This document shows positions 24,273 through 36,275 of a stretch of 43,674 nucleotides of DNA, one piece after another. Made by a program: the position numbers and the translations under genes. Every line of letters starts with the position of its first letter. Within the stretch, counting starts at the first letter, position 1. Under the pieces are notes generated by a model, which was not told the DNA's origin, ran no database searches, and saw only the letters and a program-made list of their open reading frames with translations. Source of the DNA: Octopus sinensis (Eukaryota); the NCBI RefSeq assembly GCF_006345805.1, contig NW_021834992.1, positions 1 through 43,674 on the forward strand, read 5' to 3'.

Positions 24273-25102
24273 GGCAGCACGACAAGAATTCCCAACTGCA
24301 TTCGCTAGTCCCCCTTTTTTTTTTCTCCTTTTTGCCATTTTTGTCAATTTTTTTTCTTTTTTTTTCTGTCTTTCGCTTCCATTGTGTCTCTCTGGCTCAT
24401 CCCGTTTCTCCTGTCCTGTTATTGTCGTAGGAGCCTTGCGGAATGGCTGACATTATGAAAGTAAAAGATGAATGATTTCAGCGATGGCGGTGGCGGCAGC
24501 GGCGGCTGCGACGGTGGTGGTGGTGGTGGTGGTGGTGTGGATGGTTCGCATGCTTCCCATTCTGACAGCATCATTCGATTATCTCCAATACTGCTGCGCC
24601 TTATTGTGTGAAGATACGATGTCATATATTCCACTGTTTCATCATTCCAGCCCCCCCACACACACACACATTCTCTCTCTCTCTCCCTCTCTCTCTCCCC
24701 CTCTCTCTCTCTCTCCCTCTCTCTCTCAAATACGCAACTCGTTCTTACTCTTGATGAAACTGTGGAATATATGACATAGTATCTTCGTGACTAAGTCTGT
24801 GTTTGTGTGTGCGTGCGCGCGCGCGTGTGTGTGTGTGTGTATTATGTAAAGGCGTTTTTCCGTGTGTACCCAGCCACCGTTGTGATTACTTCCGTCACCG
24901 TGACATAAAGGTTCAGCACAGACACCGATAGAATATATATATACTGAGATCGATTTGTTCGATAAAACCTTTCAAGGCGATGCCCCAGCAAGGCCACAGC
25001 CCGATGAATGAAACAAGGAAGGGATAAAGAATATCCTCGGATCGAACCAAGTCTGGTGATGAAAGGAGATCGACGTAGCACTCGTGGCCCGACCTTGTCG
25101 CA

Positions 25103-25460
25103 TTCTCTCTTACTTGTTGCAGTTATTAGACTGCGGCCGTGCTGGAGCACCGTCTTGAAAGATTTTAGTCGAACGGATCAACCCCAGTGCCTATATTTTA
25201 AGCATGGCAATATCATAATCGGCTCCTTTTGCCGAACCGCTAAGTTACGTTTGTCAAGCGGTACTGGGGGACAAACGTACACATATACACACAAATATAT
25301 ATATATATATACGTTTCCGTCTACCAAATCCATTCACAATACTTTGGCCAGCCCGAGGCTATAGTAGAAAATACTTGCCCAAGGTGTCACGTATTGGAAT
25401 TGAACCCGAAACCATGTAGTTGGGGAACAAACTTCTTACAGCACAACCACGCCTGCGTCT
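25103..25460 (-). mobile_element. CORE-type SINE, near full length; a degenerate + strand 3' part lies at about 24865-25030
   Basis: Reverse complement collinear with 39066-39680, with a short internal TA tract. Confidence 0.85.
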
Positions 25461-26428
25461 GTATAGCCGAATAATTAAAAGTAAATTTATAATATAATTG
25501 ATTAAAACAAATTACAAGTTAAAATTAATTAGATGATTAATAATGATTGCTTTATTACGACGATAATTAAAATAATACTCATTGACCTTGGAGAAATGAA
25601 AACGGGTGCTGCAACCGAATTGTTTGTTTTATAAAATTAATATTATGAGCAAAGATGCAGTAAGCTTTCTAGCGATTGCAAAATTTACACTGTTCTTTAA
25701 AGGAATTGAAATTAGCTGATGAAAGCTTTAATCCGTTCAGAAGAGAGAAATAACAAATGAATTGTTTCAGGTGTTAGCAGTGTAAATGTAGCAGAGAACC
25801 ACTGAACAATAATGCAGAATATAAATCGAATTCATCTGACAAAAGTAATACGTATATGAACCATCTTATGGAAAAGTTGTTTGACAGCAACATTTTCAAT
25901 TACGTGTGGTAGTAGTAGTAGTAGTAGTAGTAGTGGCTGGTTATAAATAAAGAATAAATAAAGAATAAAATAATTGAATAAACTTCTGAAAAAGCACTCT
26001 AATTTAATAACCAGCAAGCATTAATGAATTTATATTAAAGAGAGAACGTTATCTAAGAGATTGTCAGGCGCTGAATCTACTTAAAACTGCTAGAGTTGCA
26101 AATAGCTTGCTGACAACTCGCTTGGTCACAGTTCGATAAATCTGTGTACCGCATTAAATTGTTTCCTATTGTTGTACTTAAGTTCTACTTGATATCATTT
26201 ATGTAGGTGACAGTACGACAATCAGGTGAAAAAATGTCAGGAATTAGAAAATCTTGAAGTAAACTCCTGTTTGCCCTAGTAATTGTCGCTACTGCTAGTG
26301 TTTAATGAAACTTTTAAAGTAGAACACCACTCCATTTTTTTTTATATATCAGCTATCAGATACAATGCATTCTAAGTAAGCCTACGTTCATCACATGATT
26401 TAATCATTTATTATATTTTAACGCTCAA

Positions 26429-26843
26429 GGCGGCGAGCTAGCAGAAACGTTAGCGCGCCGGACGAAATACTTTGTGGTATTTCGTCTGCCGCTGCGTTCT
26501 GAGTTCAAATTCCGCCGAGGTCGACTTTGCCTTTAATCCTTTCGGGTTCGATTAAATAAGTACCAGTTACGCACTGGGGTCGATGTAATCGACTTAATCC
26601 ATTTGTCTGTCCTTGTTTGTCTTCTCTGTGTTTAGCCCCTTGTGGGTAATAAAGAAATAGGTATTTCGTCTGCCGCTACGTTCTGTGTTCAAATTCCACC
26701 TAGGTCGACTTTGCCATTCATCCTTTCGGGGTCGATTAAATAAGTACCAGTTACGCACTGGAGTCGATGTAATCGACTTAATCCCTCTGTCTGTCCTTGT
26801 TTGTCCCCTCTCTGTTTAGCCCCTTGTAGGCAGAAAAGAAATA
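26429..26843 (+). mobile_element. SINE-A dimer (head + two 184 bp units)
   Basis: Unit starts at 26477 and 26661. Confidence 0.92.
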
Positions 26844-27530
26844 TGCGTAGGTGAGGAAGAAATCTCTGAGAATTCAGACTTCGTGAGAAAGGACATGGTG
26901 GAGTGTTCCTCCAGCAATTACAAGACTTAGGGTGTGAGACACAGTGAGTGCGATAGAGGTATATTTGGAGGAAGAGAAAAGAAAGAATGATGAAAATGAG
27001 CGGGACGAGATGAAACACTGTGATGGAAGGAGTGGAGAGAAATACAGAGGTGAAAGACAGTAATTTAAAGTGATAAGGGAACTGGCTAAAGAGAAACAAA
27101 GGTAGACGGGGTGAAACAAGAAAACGCAGAATGCTGAAAGACGAAGTAAGAAAACAACATAATTGTCGAAAGAAGGCAGGGATTAAAAATACATCAGCCA
27201 TGATACAGTAACAGACAAAATGAATAATGTGAAAATATAAAGATAACACTCAAGGAAATAACGAAAGATTGAAAGAGTAAGGTGGGGAGGAAGTAGGTGT
27301 ACAAACTGGCTTGTTAAAGACCTCTTACGGGGATTAAGTCTTTGAAATTAGACAGCCAAAGACTGAAGGAGAAATAAGGAAAGTGAGAGGAAATAATTAC
27401 TTGTCAATCAAAATTAACGGTCGATACTCTTTGAAATGTATGTTGGTCTACGTCACGGGGATAAATACAAATGTATATATACACAAATATATTATGCACC
27501 ATACACGTGCCTGTGCGTGTGTGTGTATAT

Positions 27531-27642
<112 letters not shown>

Positions 27643-27644
27643 TG

Positions 27645-27900
27645 ATTGATATATTTATAGGGAAAGTTTACGAAAAAAACAAAAGACGAAGACAGGTGGT
27701 GTACAAAACAAACATATGTATTAGTATAACGCTCAGGAATAGAAAAAGTATTTTACGTTTCGAGCCTACGCTGTTCTACAGAAAAGGACACAGAAAAAAA
27801 AAACAAGGAGAGAAACAAGGGAGAAAAATGTGTGTAGTGGCTAACGATCTATCATGGCGACTGACTTCGGACAGAAGGGTCACACACGAGAGGGAAGAAG
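27645..27900 (-). mobile_element. Penelope-like pseudo-LTR fragment with a degenerate hammerhead-like motif, between (GATA)n and (TG)n
   Basis: Minus strand 27786-27751 reads ccttttctgtagaacagcgtaggctcgaaacgtaaaa, with GAAA-CG-TA (palindromic ACGT stem III) as in PLE minimal hammerheads. Confidence 0.5.
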
Positions 27901-27936
27901 TAAAACATATATATAATTTTGTACATAAATTCACAC

Positions 27937-27984
<48 letters not shown>

Positions 27985-28069
27985 AAACCATAGATTTTCG
28001 TTTTGAGTTTTTTATTTCGATAAATGCGGAGAATAACTGGAATGATTATATTTTTTTCGGAAATATCGA

Positions 28070-28327
28070 AATATGTTGCCAAGAAATCACCTGAATGGAG
28101 GCATATTATTTGATAGCAATCTCCCTCAAGGTAGCCGCCGTTGAAACATTTCCTATTCCAACATCTCAGAGGAATCTACATCAAAGCAAGAAACTGAAAC
28201 GAGGTCAGCATTGTCAAATTCCGTCATTCACCAAAAACCAACCACATAGTAATGACCATTGAAAAAATGGTGATACCGGCGGTGTTCCAGCATGGCCACA
28301 GCTATTAGGCTGAAACATATAAAAAAA
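28070..28327 (+). mobile_element. Degraded CR1/L2-group LINE 3' end, same family as 11363-11668
   Basis: 28163-28249 = ISEESTSKQETETRSALSNSVIHQKPTT*, versus VPDEPTSQQEVQTRVAPSNSHIHQMPHI; tail ggcggtgttccagcatggccacagctattaggctgaaac plus A-run. Confidence 0.8.
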
Positions 28328-28519
28328 TATTACTTAATGTAGAAGCTTATTTTAATTATATCTTTTAGTTCTTTAGTAAAATTGCGAAATTTTTAAAGTA
28401 TTTTTCCAATCATTTACTCTGATATCAACTTTCCGTAATTATTTTACCTTTTTGTACTCATTAACCCCATCGGATTTTGAATGAAAGGTGTTATAGAAAC
28501 AAGATTTTGTTTAGCTTCT

Positions 28520-28810
28520 ATTTATGGCTTGAAAGCCATAAACACGCCGACTGCGAAATAGCGTCGCTAGGAGTGGCTGGCTGACACTTAAGCAGCGTCG
28601 CTGATTGACAGGTTGGCTAAGGTAGTGGTCTCCTGCATAGCGCGCCCTCATCCTGGTTCGAAAGCTTGTACTGCCAAACAGATGGCCAGCGCTGGCTGCT
28701 GGAGAATCGCTACCCACTTGTATGCTCTTACAATAATTCAGTGATTGAATTTCTTCAGCGATTGGAACATTGTGGACACCGACACAAGGGCTGCTTATTG
28801 ATTTATTTTA
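28520..28810. promoter_or_regulatory. Candidate enhancer: unique CpG-containing stretch with TALE/Hox and proneural motifs
   Basis: TGATTGACAG (PBX-MEIS/PREP decamer) 28602-28611; AACAGATGGC E-box (CAGATG 28679-28684); TGATTGAAT 28742-28750; TGATTTAT 28799-28806. Motif matches only. Confidence 0.3.
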
Positions 28811-29689
28811 CTTATGTGTCTTATAACTCGACTACTCTTATGCTTGTCTTTTCATCCTTTTTTTCTTTTTACCAGAATGCGATTTATTGCATCCCGATAA
28901 ATAAGTCTCTGGAAACTTACAGCTGCATTGTCAGACAACACACTTTGTCTTTAAACGTCTGGACAGGCCAATAAATCAAATGTTCCGACATCGACCAGTT
29001 TCCGAAATTCTCTTCTTTATTGTTTGATAATTCCCAACCAGTTGGTAATCTAGAAGGTGGAATATTTCTTATTAATGACATCAGCGTAGAAAACACCAAT
29101 ATATAAACCCAACCATTCCAGAGTTAGCAGACAACACAATCTCTGGTGTTCATCAAAACACGTCATTAACATTGTCACGACCACAATCCCAATCCGCAGA
29201 TTCGCTTGGTTGCTTTAGAACCAGATAATATTTCAGCCTTCCTCACTGCAATCCACCTACAAATTTCTCGCCTACATTAGAGAACTGTCCATATATCTAG
29301 GAAGGAAAGTGTAATACAATACTAACAAATACTAAAGTAACAGTCATCCGCCTGATTGGCAACTATTCTAAAGCTGATATAATGGGTCCAAATTCTTTGA
29401 TGTCGCTACCTTATGTATGCGGCATCAGTCAAAAGCTTTCGTCTTTCTTCTTCTCATTCACTTTTCAGTCCTGTTGTATCTCGTCTAACCTCGTACTGAA
29501 CACTTCCGATCAATCATCGTTTCTCAAAGTCACAACCCTTTCGTAATTCCGTTGAGTCAAATGTTCACTGTACACCATCCGCAATTATCAGCCTGTTACA
29601 GCAGTTCACGATGTGAATCAACTGTTCATAGAACGGAGATGAACACCTTGCTCGCGGCCCTTGCCTAACTTTTCAAAACAATCCTTTCT

Positions 29690-29890
29690 CACATAGACAA
29701 AAGGCCTGAAATTTAGGGAAAGGGAGTGGCCTAATATATCAACTCCATTATTAAAATAGTAGTTTATTTTGTCAACCTTGGAGGGATGAAAGGCACAGTT
29801 GAATTCGATTGAACTTGAACTCAGAACGTCAAGTGCCAGAGCAAATAGCGCAAAGCATTTTCTCTAACTCTTTAAGGGTTCTGCCATTCC
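29690..29890 (-). mobile_element. Degenerate SINE family A, followed by (AAT)n at 29902-29983
   Basis: Revcomp has ggcagaacc..gacgttctgagttcaag..tgcctttcatccctccaaggttgac..aaatttcaggcctt. Confidence 0.7.
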
Positions 29891-29900
29891 ACTACTTTAC

Positions 29901-29984
<84 letters not shown>

Positions 29985-30038
29985 GTGATGGTGATTTCCT
30001 ACACCGAATCGAATCAACATCGTTAGCGAATGCAGAAA

Positions 30039-30352
30039 TGAAGGCGCTAAGCTCTGTGGTTAAGATATTCGGTTTACCGTCGTAAGGACGTGTGTTCGAT
30101 TGCCAGCGGCGTATTATGCCTTTCAACAATTTATTTTGCTCCAGTCCACTCAGCTGGCAAATATGATTTGTACCTGTAATTCAAAGGGGTCGGCCTTGTC
30201 ACATTCTGTGTCACACTGAATCTCCCTCAGAACTACATTAAGAGCACGCGTGTCTGTGGAATACACAGCCACCTGCATGTTAATTTCACGAGCCGGTTGT
30301 TACGTTGATCGGATCAACTGGAACATTCATCGTCGCAACCGACGGAGAACCA
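30039..30352 (+). mobile_element. SINE family C, full length
   Basis: Head tgaaggcgctaagctctgtggttaag..gtgttcgattgcc; body ctccagtccactcagctgg; 3' half shared with family B. Confidence 0.85.
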
Positions 30353-30662
30353 GTTTATAGCGGGTGGAGAGCTGAATGACTTGTTCGATCCCAATACTTG
30401 AATAATGTTTAGTTTATCTTATCGCCCCTCGTTAGGTCCACCACGTTAGGATGAGAATTCCGAATGTAAAAGCGACCCAAATAAAATCTTGCTATCAACA
30501 GGTCTTTTTTATCCTTTATTCCTTAATCGTAACTCTTCAATGTCTTCAGGATTAACGACATTTTGATTTTATACCAGCTAGCATTGACCAATTTTCAGTC
30601 AACACTGTACAAGAAATTAATTTCCTATTGGTCCTTCATTAATTCCTAATTTCCTGCAGAAT

Positions 30663-30694
<32 letters not shown>

Positions 30695-31124
30695 CCCCCT
30701 CTCTCTCTCTCGCTCTGCATTTAATTTCCAAGTGCTTCACTGTTATATTTTTGCTGATATTTCATGTCTTGTCTGACAGCGAATCAGAAAATATTCGGTG
30801 CATTGGCACTAATAAATCATTACCGTCACTAGGTCTTCAACTCAAGAACTCGACTAATATCGTTCACTTAGTTTGAAGTCTTAATTCCCCACAAAATAAG
30901 TCTCAAAGGACAAGATGCCAAACAAAGAATCTGTTATAACAAAACAGCTCAATGAGCAGATAAGATTTTTTTATGCAAATTCTTTTTCTACACTACATAA
31001 TTTTTTTTATCTTAGTCGTTTTTTTTTTTTTTATCATATTTAACCATTGGCCAATCCTTATTAAGCAGGTCTGTGAGTAAAGACTTTTAACTGTAGCCAC
31101 ACCGTTTTGTTTGAGGGGATAGGA

Positions 31125-31472
31125 TATCTGAGGAGATGCCCTTCGGTCATGACTGACCATGGGATTGCACCTAGAAAGTTACCCTCCCAGGCAAAAGTCC
31201 GGGCAAGGTTGTTTTATGGAAGGCCAGCAGTCACCCATGCATACTGGCCTCCATTCTTCATACCACTGATGTTATCCAAGGGAAAAGCAAAGGCTGATAC
31301 AGCTTGGCACCTCTGACGTCGCAACTCATTTCTACAGCTGAGTGAACTGGGGTAACGTGAAATAAAAATGTCTTGCTCAAGAACACAACACGCAGCCCGG
31401 TCCGGGAATCGAACTCACAGCTTCACAACCGTAAGCTCGACGCTCTAACCACTGAGCTATGCTTCTTCACAT
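31125..31472 (-). mobile_element. SINE family D: C-type head and body with a different 3' part
   Basis: Revcomp head tagctcagtggttagagcg..gagttcgattccc; cttgagcaagacatt..tttcacgtt..cactcagctg; tail ..gcaatcccatggtcagtcatgaccgaaggg. Confidence 0.8.
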
Positions 31473-31744
31473 AGGGTTAGGGTTAAGGCTAGGATATCTA
31501 GGACTATATTATCTGATGTATTCCTCCAACATTCAAAGTATAATTTTAATGTGGTTTGGCTGCTATTTCTAGAATATGGGGGTGACTGTGAGATCCCCTC
31601 GTTGGCTGGTCATCTAGTTCAAGTTGCTATAGATTTTCTTTTAACCCCCGGTCAATCCTGATCTAGTAAACCAATGATGAAAACATTCTTTATCTCTCTT
31701 CTTTTCTCTTTTTTTTTGATGATGGTAATATAACATTTGTAAAG

Positions 31745-32010
31745 ACACGTGGCGTAGAGGTTAGGTATGTTGTAATCATGACCGTGAGATTGTGGGTTCG
31801 ATTCCCGAACCGAGTGGCTCGTTGTATTCTTGAGCAAAACGTTTCATTTCACGTTGCTCCAGTCCACTCGGCTGTAAATGTGTCACCCCACGGCGGATTA
31901 GCCTTGCGACCAGGCGGGATGTTGGCCTGCTCGCCTAATCAGCGGAATCGCATCATTAGAAAGTTAAAACGAGGCAAAGTGCATTGTGACCAGCCATGAT
32001 CGATCACATG
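31745..32010 (+). mobile_element. SINE family E: C-type head and body with a third 3' part
   Basis: tggcgtagaggttagg..gggttcgattccc; cttgagcaaaac..tttcacgttgctccagtccactcggctg; then diverges. Confidence 0.75.
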
Positions 32011-32033
32011 ATCATTATATATTATTTTTAATA

Positions 32034-32334
32034 GAACAAGTAGAAAGATGAATGTTTTTCAACACGTAAATACTGAAGAGTATATATAAAGGATAAAATC
32101 CTTTTTAAGAGCAGAAAAAATTGCCGGCAACCCTCCAATATCCGGTTGGAGTGCTCTACCATTTAAGCCAAACTGCCTACCGGCAAATTTTTCTGCAATT
32201 TTAGAAGTTATAAAGTCATCCTCATGGCTGGTTTATGCCGGCACATTTTTCTGTTGTTAAAAGGATTTTATCCTCTATATATGTACTGTTAAATATTTAC
32301 ATGTTGAAAAAAATACTTATCTCTCTACTTGTTG
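32034..32334. mobile_element. MITE-like fold-back element: ~96 bp imperfect terminal inverted repeats, TA on both flanks
   Basis: 32034-32129 is the approximate reverse complement of 32236-32334 (aacaagtaga..ggataaaatccttt..gaaaaa..tgccggca); TA at 32032-33 and 32335-36. Confidence 0.75.
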
Positions 32335-32382
32335 TACAATACATTTCATCACCTTAAAAACAAAGTTCTGTTTGTTTACACA

Positions 32383-32585
32383 TACTCTTTTACTTGTTTC
32401 AGTCATTTGACTGCGGCCATGCTGGAGCAGCGCCTTTAGTCGAGCAACTCGACCCCAGGACTTATTCTTTGTAAGCCCAGTACTTATTCTATCGGTCTCT
32501 TTTGCCGAACCGCTAAGTGACGGGGACGTAAACACACCAGCATCGGTTGTCAAGCAATGCTAGGGGGACAAACACAAACACACAG

Positions 32586-32616
<31 letters not shown>

Positions 32617-32788
32617 CATATATACGACAGGCTTCTTTCAGTTTCCGTCTACCAAATCCACTCACAAGGTATTGGTCGGCCCGGGGCTATAGCAGAAGAC
32701 ACTTGCCCAAGATGCCACGCAGTGGGACTGAACCCGGAACCATGTGGTTGGTTAGCAAGCTACTTACCACACAGCCACTCCTGCGCCT
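32383..32788 (-). mobile_element. CORE-type SINE, full length and apparently young
   Basis: Revcomp has an intact head ggcgcaggagtggctgtgtggtaag..gggttcagtccc, CORE-like ggcatcttgggcaagtgtctt, an internal TA/TG tract and tail gctgctccagcatggccgcagtcaaatgactgaaacaagtaaaagagta. Confidence 0.92.
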
Positions 32789-33317
32789 ATGGCGTAATTA
32801 TTTTTAATGTATTTTTTTCTTCTTAAACCAGATGAATGTGATTGGAGCAACACAGACCGACCCTCCGTCCTTGTTGGTTAGTGAGTCACTTGGTTCCTAT
32901 AGTGTGTTCATGTCTATAATTTTTGTGTTGAGGTGATGGGCGAGATTTTCTTCGTGTAACTGGAATTCAGTCAGATTAACCCTAGACTTTTATTCTGCCT
33001 ACGAAAACAGAAAACAACGTAATGTGAGAATCTACGAAGTGGTTTGAGTTGCTAGAAGTAGCGGGCGAATCGATCACATATCACTCACAACCATTTTGGA
33101 ACAGAAAACTTTGAATCATGACGTCCGCGATGCATTATTCCTGGGGGAAAGACAGAAGTTGTTTATTGCCAGGACATCTCTGATAAAGGGCTTGCTTGGT
33201 TAGGATCTAACCCACCACTGAAAACGTATAAAGTTCGATAAGGAGCAGAAATATCTTATCGATGACTGTAACTTAATTGGAATTTGTTATATTAGGCATT
33301 TCATATAGGAACTCTTC

Positions 33318-33490
33318 AAGGCGGCGAACTGACAGAATCGTTACCGCGAAGGTTAAAATGTTTAGTTGCGTTTTCTTTTGACTTTGCGTTCCGAGTTTGC
33401 CTTTCATTCTTTCGGGGTTAATAAAATAAGTACCAGTTGAACACTTGAGTCGTGAACTTTCTGGCCTTGTATTAAAATTCGAAATAAATA
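33318..33490 (+). mobile_element. SINE family A, degenerate with deletions
   Basis: aaggcggcgaactgacagaatcgtta..tttgcctttcattctttcggggttaataaaataagtaccag. Confidence 0.75.
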
Positions 33491-33615
33491 TAAGAGCTCC
33501 CTTAGGGGTAACTCTCTAAAGCAACTATTTAATACAGTGACTCTCAACTAGGGTCCACATCGCCCCTTGGGGTTCATATAAGATTGTGTTGTTAAAGTTT
33601 ATGAGCAATGAATTA

Positions 33616-34012
33616 GGTGCAATAATGGCTGTGTCGTAAGAAGCTTGCTTCCCAACCACATGGCTCCAGGTTCAGTCCCACTGTGTGATATCTTGAGCAA
33701 GTGTCTTCTACTATAATAAGCTCGAGGCTGACCAAAGACTTGCGAGTGTATTTGGTAGACTGAAACTGAAAGAAGCCCATCATATATGTATATGTAAGTA
33801 TTATGTATTTGTGTGTATGTGTTTGTGCCCCCACCATCGCTTGATAATCGATGTTGCTGTGTTTAAGTCCCTGTAACTTAGCGATTCGGCAAAAGAGACG
33901 GATAGAATAAGTACTAGGCTCACATAGAATAAGTCCTGGGATTGATCTGTTCGACTAAAGTTGGTGCTCCAGTATGGCCGCAGTCAAATGATTGAACCAA
34001 GTAAAAGAATAG
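33616..34012 (+). mobile_element. CORE-type SINE, full length
   Basis: Collinear with 10725-11108 and the reverse complement of 32383-32788. Confidence 0.9.
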
Positions 34013-34489
34013 AAGAATAAAATATTAAATCAGTTATACATTTACAATACACAAAATATTTTATTTTTTACATAATTCCTAATGATATTTAACATAAAAG
34101 ATACAATAGGATATTTGTTTTATAATCAACAAATTCGGTATGGAGACCCCGTAGAAAAACATTGGAATAAAAAGGGGCACATAGGTAAAAAGTGATTGAG
34201 AACCATCGATCTAATGGATTCCAGTTGCCCTAACTGTACTAACCGCACTATATGAAAAGTCAGGTGAATTGATCAAGCTTTACTCGATGGCATTTGATAA
34301 ATAAAAATCCAATGAAATCTTTGAAGGAATTAAACGAATGTATATGAATCTAGAAAATACTATTTACTTAAACAGGAAGGGCACACAAAAGAAAATGCCA
34401 TTATTGAAAGTGAAATGGAACAAATCCAGCTTAAGTGAAAATAAAAGTTTTACTGTGAATAACACGGATGCATCATAATACACACACAT

Positions 34490-34542
34490 ATTATATATAT
34501 AATATATATATATAATATATATACATACATACATACATACAT

Positions 34543-34581
<39 letters not shown>

Positions 34582-34699
34582 CTATATATATACATACATA
34601 CATATATATATATTCATAATGGATTTACTCCGTGTAACAGAATATACCAATTACACATATATATGTATATATATCTATATGTGTATATATCTATATGTG

Positions 34700-34739
<40 letters not shown>

Positions 34740-34933
34740 TATGTATATATATACATATGTATATATATACATATGTATATATATATACATATGTATATAT
34801 ATATACATATGTATATATATAATATATATATATATAGATATATAATATATATATATATATATATACATATATATATACATATATATATTCATAATGGATT
34901 TACTCCGTGTAGTTACAGAATATACCAATTACA
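34490..34933. repeat. (TA)n region with a duplicated ~45 bp unique module
   Basis: ttcataatggatttactccgtgta(gtt/a)acagaatataccaattaca at 34613-34655 and 34888-34933. Confidence 0.9.
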
Positions 34934-35406
34934 TAATTCACTTTTAGGTTGGAGAGCTAAAGTTGGTTGAGTACGTTACATAAGCAAATACTTAAATGAA
35001 TATAACACTTGAATATATATATATATATATATGTATACATTCGTAATTGCTGTAAGGAAGCAATTGTAAACGAGTGACCAAACGAGTCTGTTGAATACCG
35101 CAGTATTTTCTTCATAGAATAAACTAAATCGAAATTAAACGCGGGTATGCTTATTCAACAGTTTCGTCCAATCATCAGACAACACGGAAACGTGAAAGAT
35201 ACAATATACAAAAGTAGAGAAATCCGTCAGGCAAACATGCGAATTTTTCTGGTACTTTTATATTCATTAAAATTACGTAGCCAATATTTACAAATGGACG
35301 CACTACCATTGTTGAACAAAATTGTAGACGCCTGTATTTCTTTTGATATGTCTACCTTCGACATGACTTTCACAAAATACTGAATGAATTTTTTTTTTAA
35401 TTACTA

Positions 35407-35446
<40 letters not shown>

Positions 35447-36275
35447 TCGTAGTTTTTCTTCTGGTATCTTTTTTTTTTTTTTTTGCTTTTTTAAACATTT
35501 ATGTTGGTAAATGTATCAGCGAAAGCAGGGAAGGTATTGTTTATTGTAAGATGGTCGCTGCTGTAGGGTTAGAGATATAAACTTATAAAAAAGATGTTCA
35601 GTAAAAAAAAAATAATAAATAACAAATAAAATAAACACAACCAGTGAATTAAATGATAAAACTGTCAGACGTGTGGGTCTCATTTCAAAACGATAGCTTG
35701 ATGCATTTGTTTATGCAGTCACAAGAATTAAATAAAAAGTGATGTATTCACAGAATTTGGAGCTGTTTAAACATACATTGTTGGTATAGTACACCAGCAT
35801 CAAAGTCGTCGTGATGCTAGCGTACGAGTGAGTCTTGAAATAGTCTCTGGTCCTAGCTAAGATAACACATTTTGAAATTAGTATTTATAAAATTTGTTCA
35901 GTTTTGTTTTTTCTATATGTCTTTTTTTTTCTATTTACACAAAATTTAAGTTTTTACAGTTATACTTTGCTGAAGTTTACACCGTGAAATGAAACCAAAA
36001 TTATGATAGATGGAATGAATACTTCTTTGTCACTGCATTTAGTTTCCCAGAAACGATGTTACTGGGTTCAAGTGTAGGTCCTCATCACTTTGGGAACTCG
36101 TTAACAATACGGAATACAGTTTTCAGTTTTGTAAATACTGAAAATTGTCTCTTAGAAATAAAGCGATAAAATATAGAACACAACAGCTTTTAGATATTAT
36201 GGTTAGATATTCTGCCTTAGGAGTTGGCTATTTTGTCTTAGACTAACATATACCTCTAGATGTAACATTGCACAT

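Noticed and set aside
31474-31490. TTAGGG-like words (tagggttagggttaagg)
   Set aside because: Only two to three imperfect units; not enough for an interstitial telomeric array.
35161-35178. Minus-strand CTGATGA-ttggac-GAAAC, hammerhead-like
   Set aside because: Only six nucleotides lie between the core boxes (no stem II possible) and there is no stem I complement.
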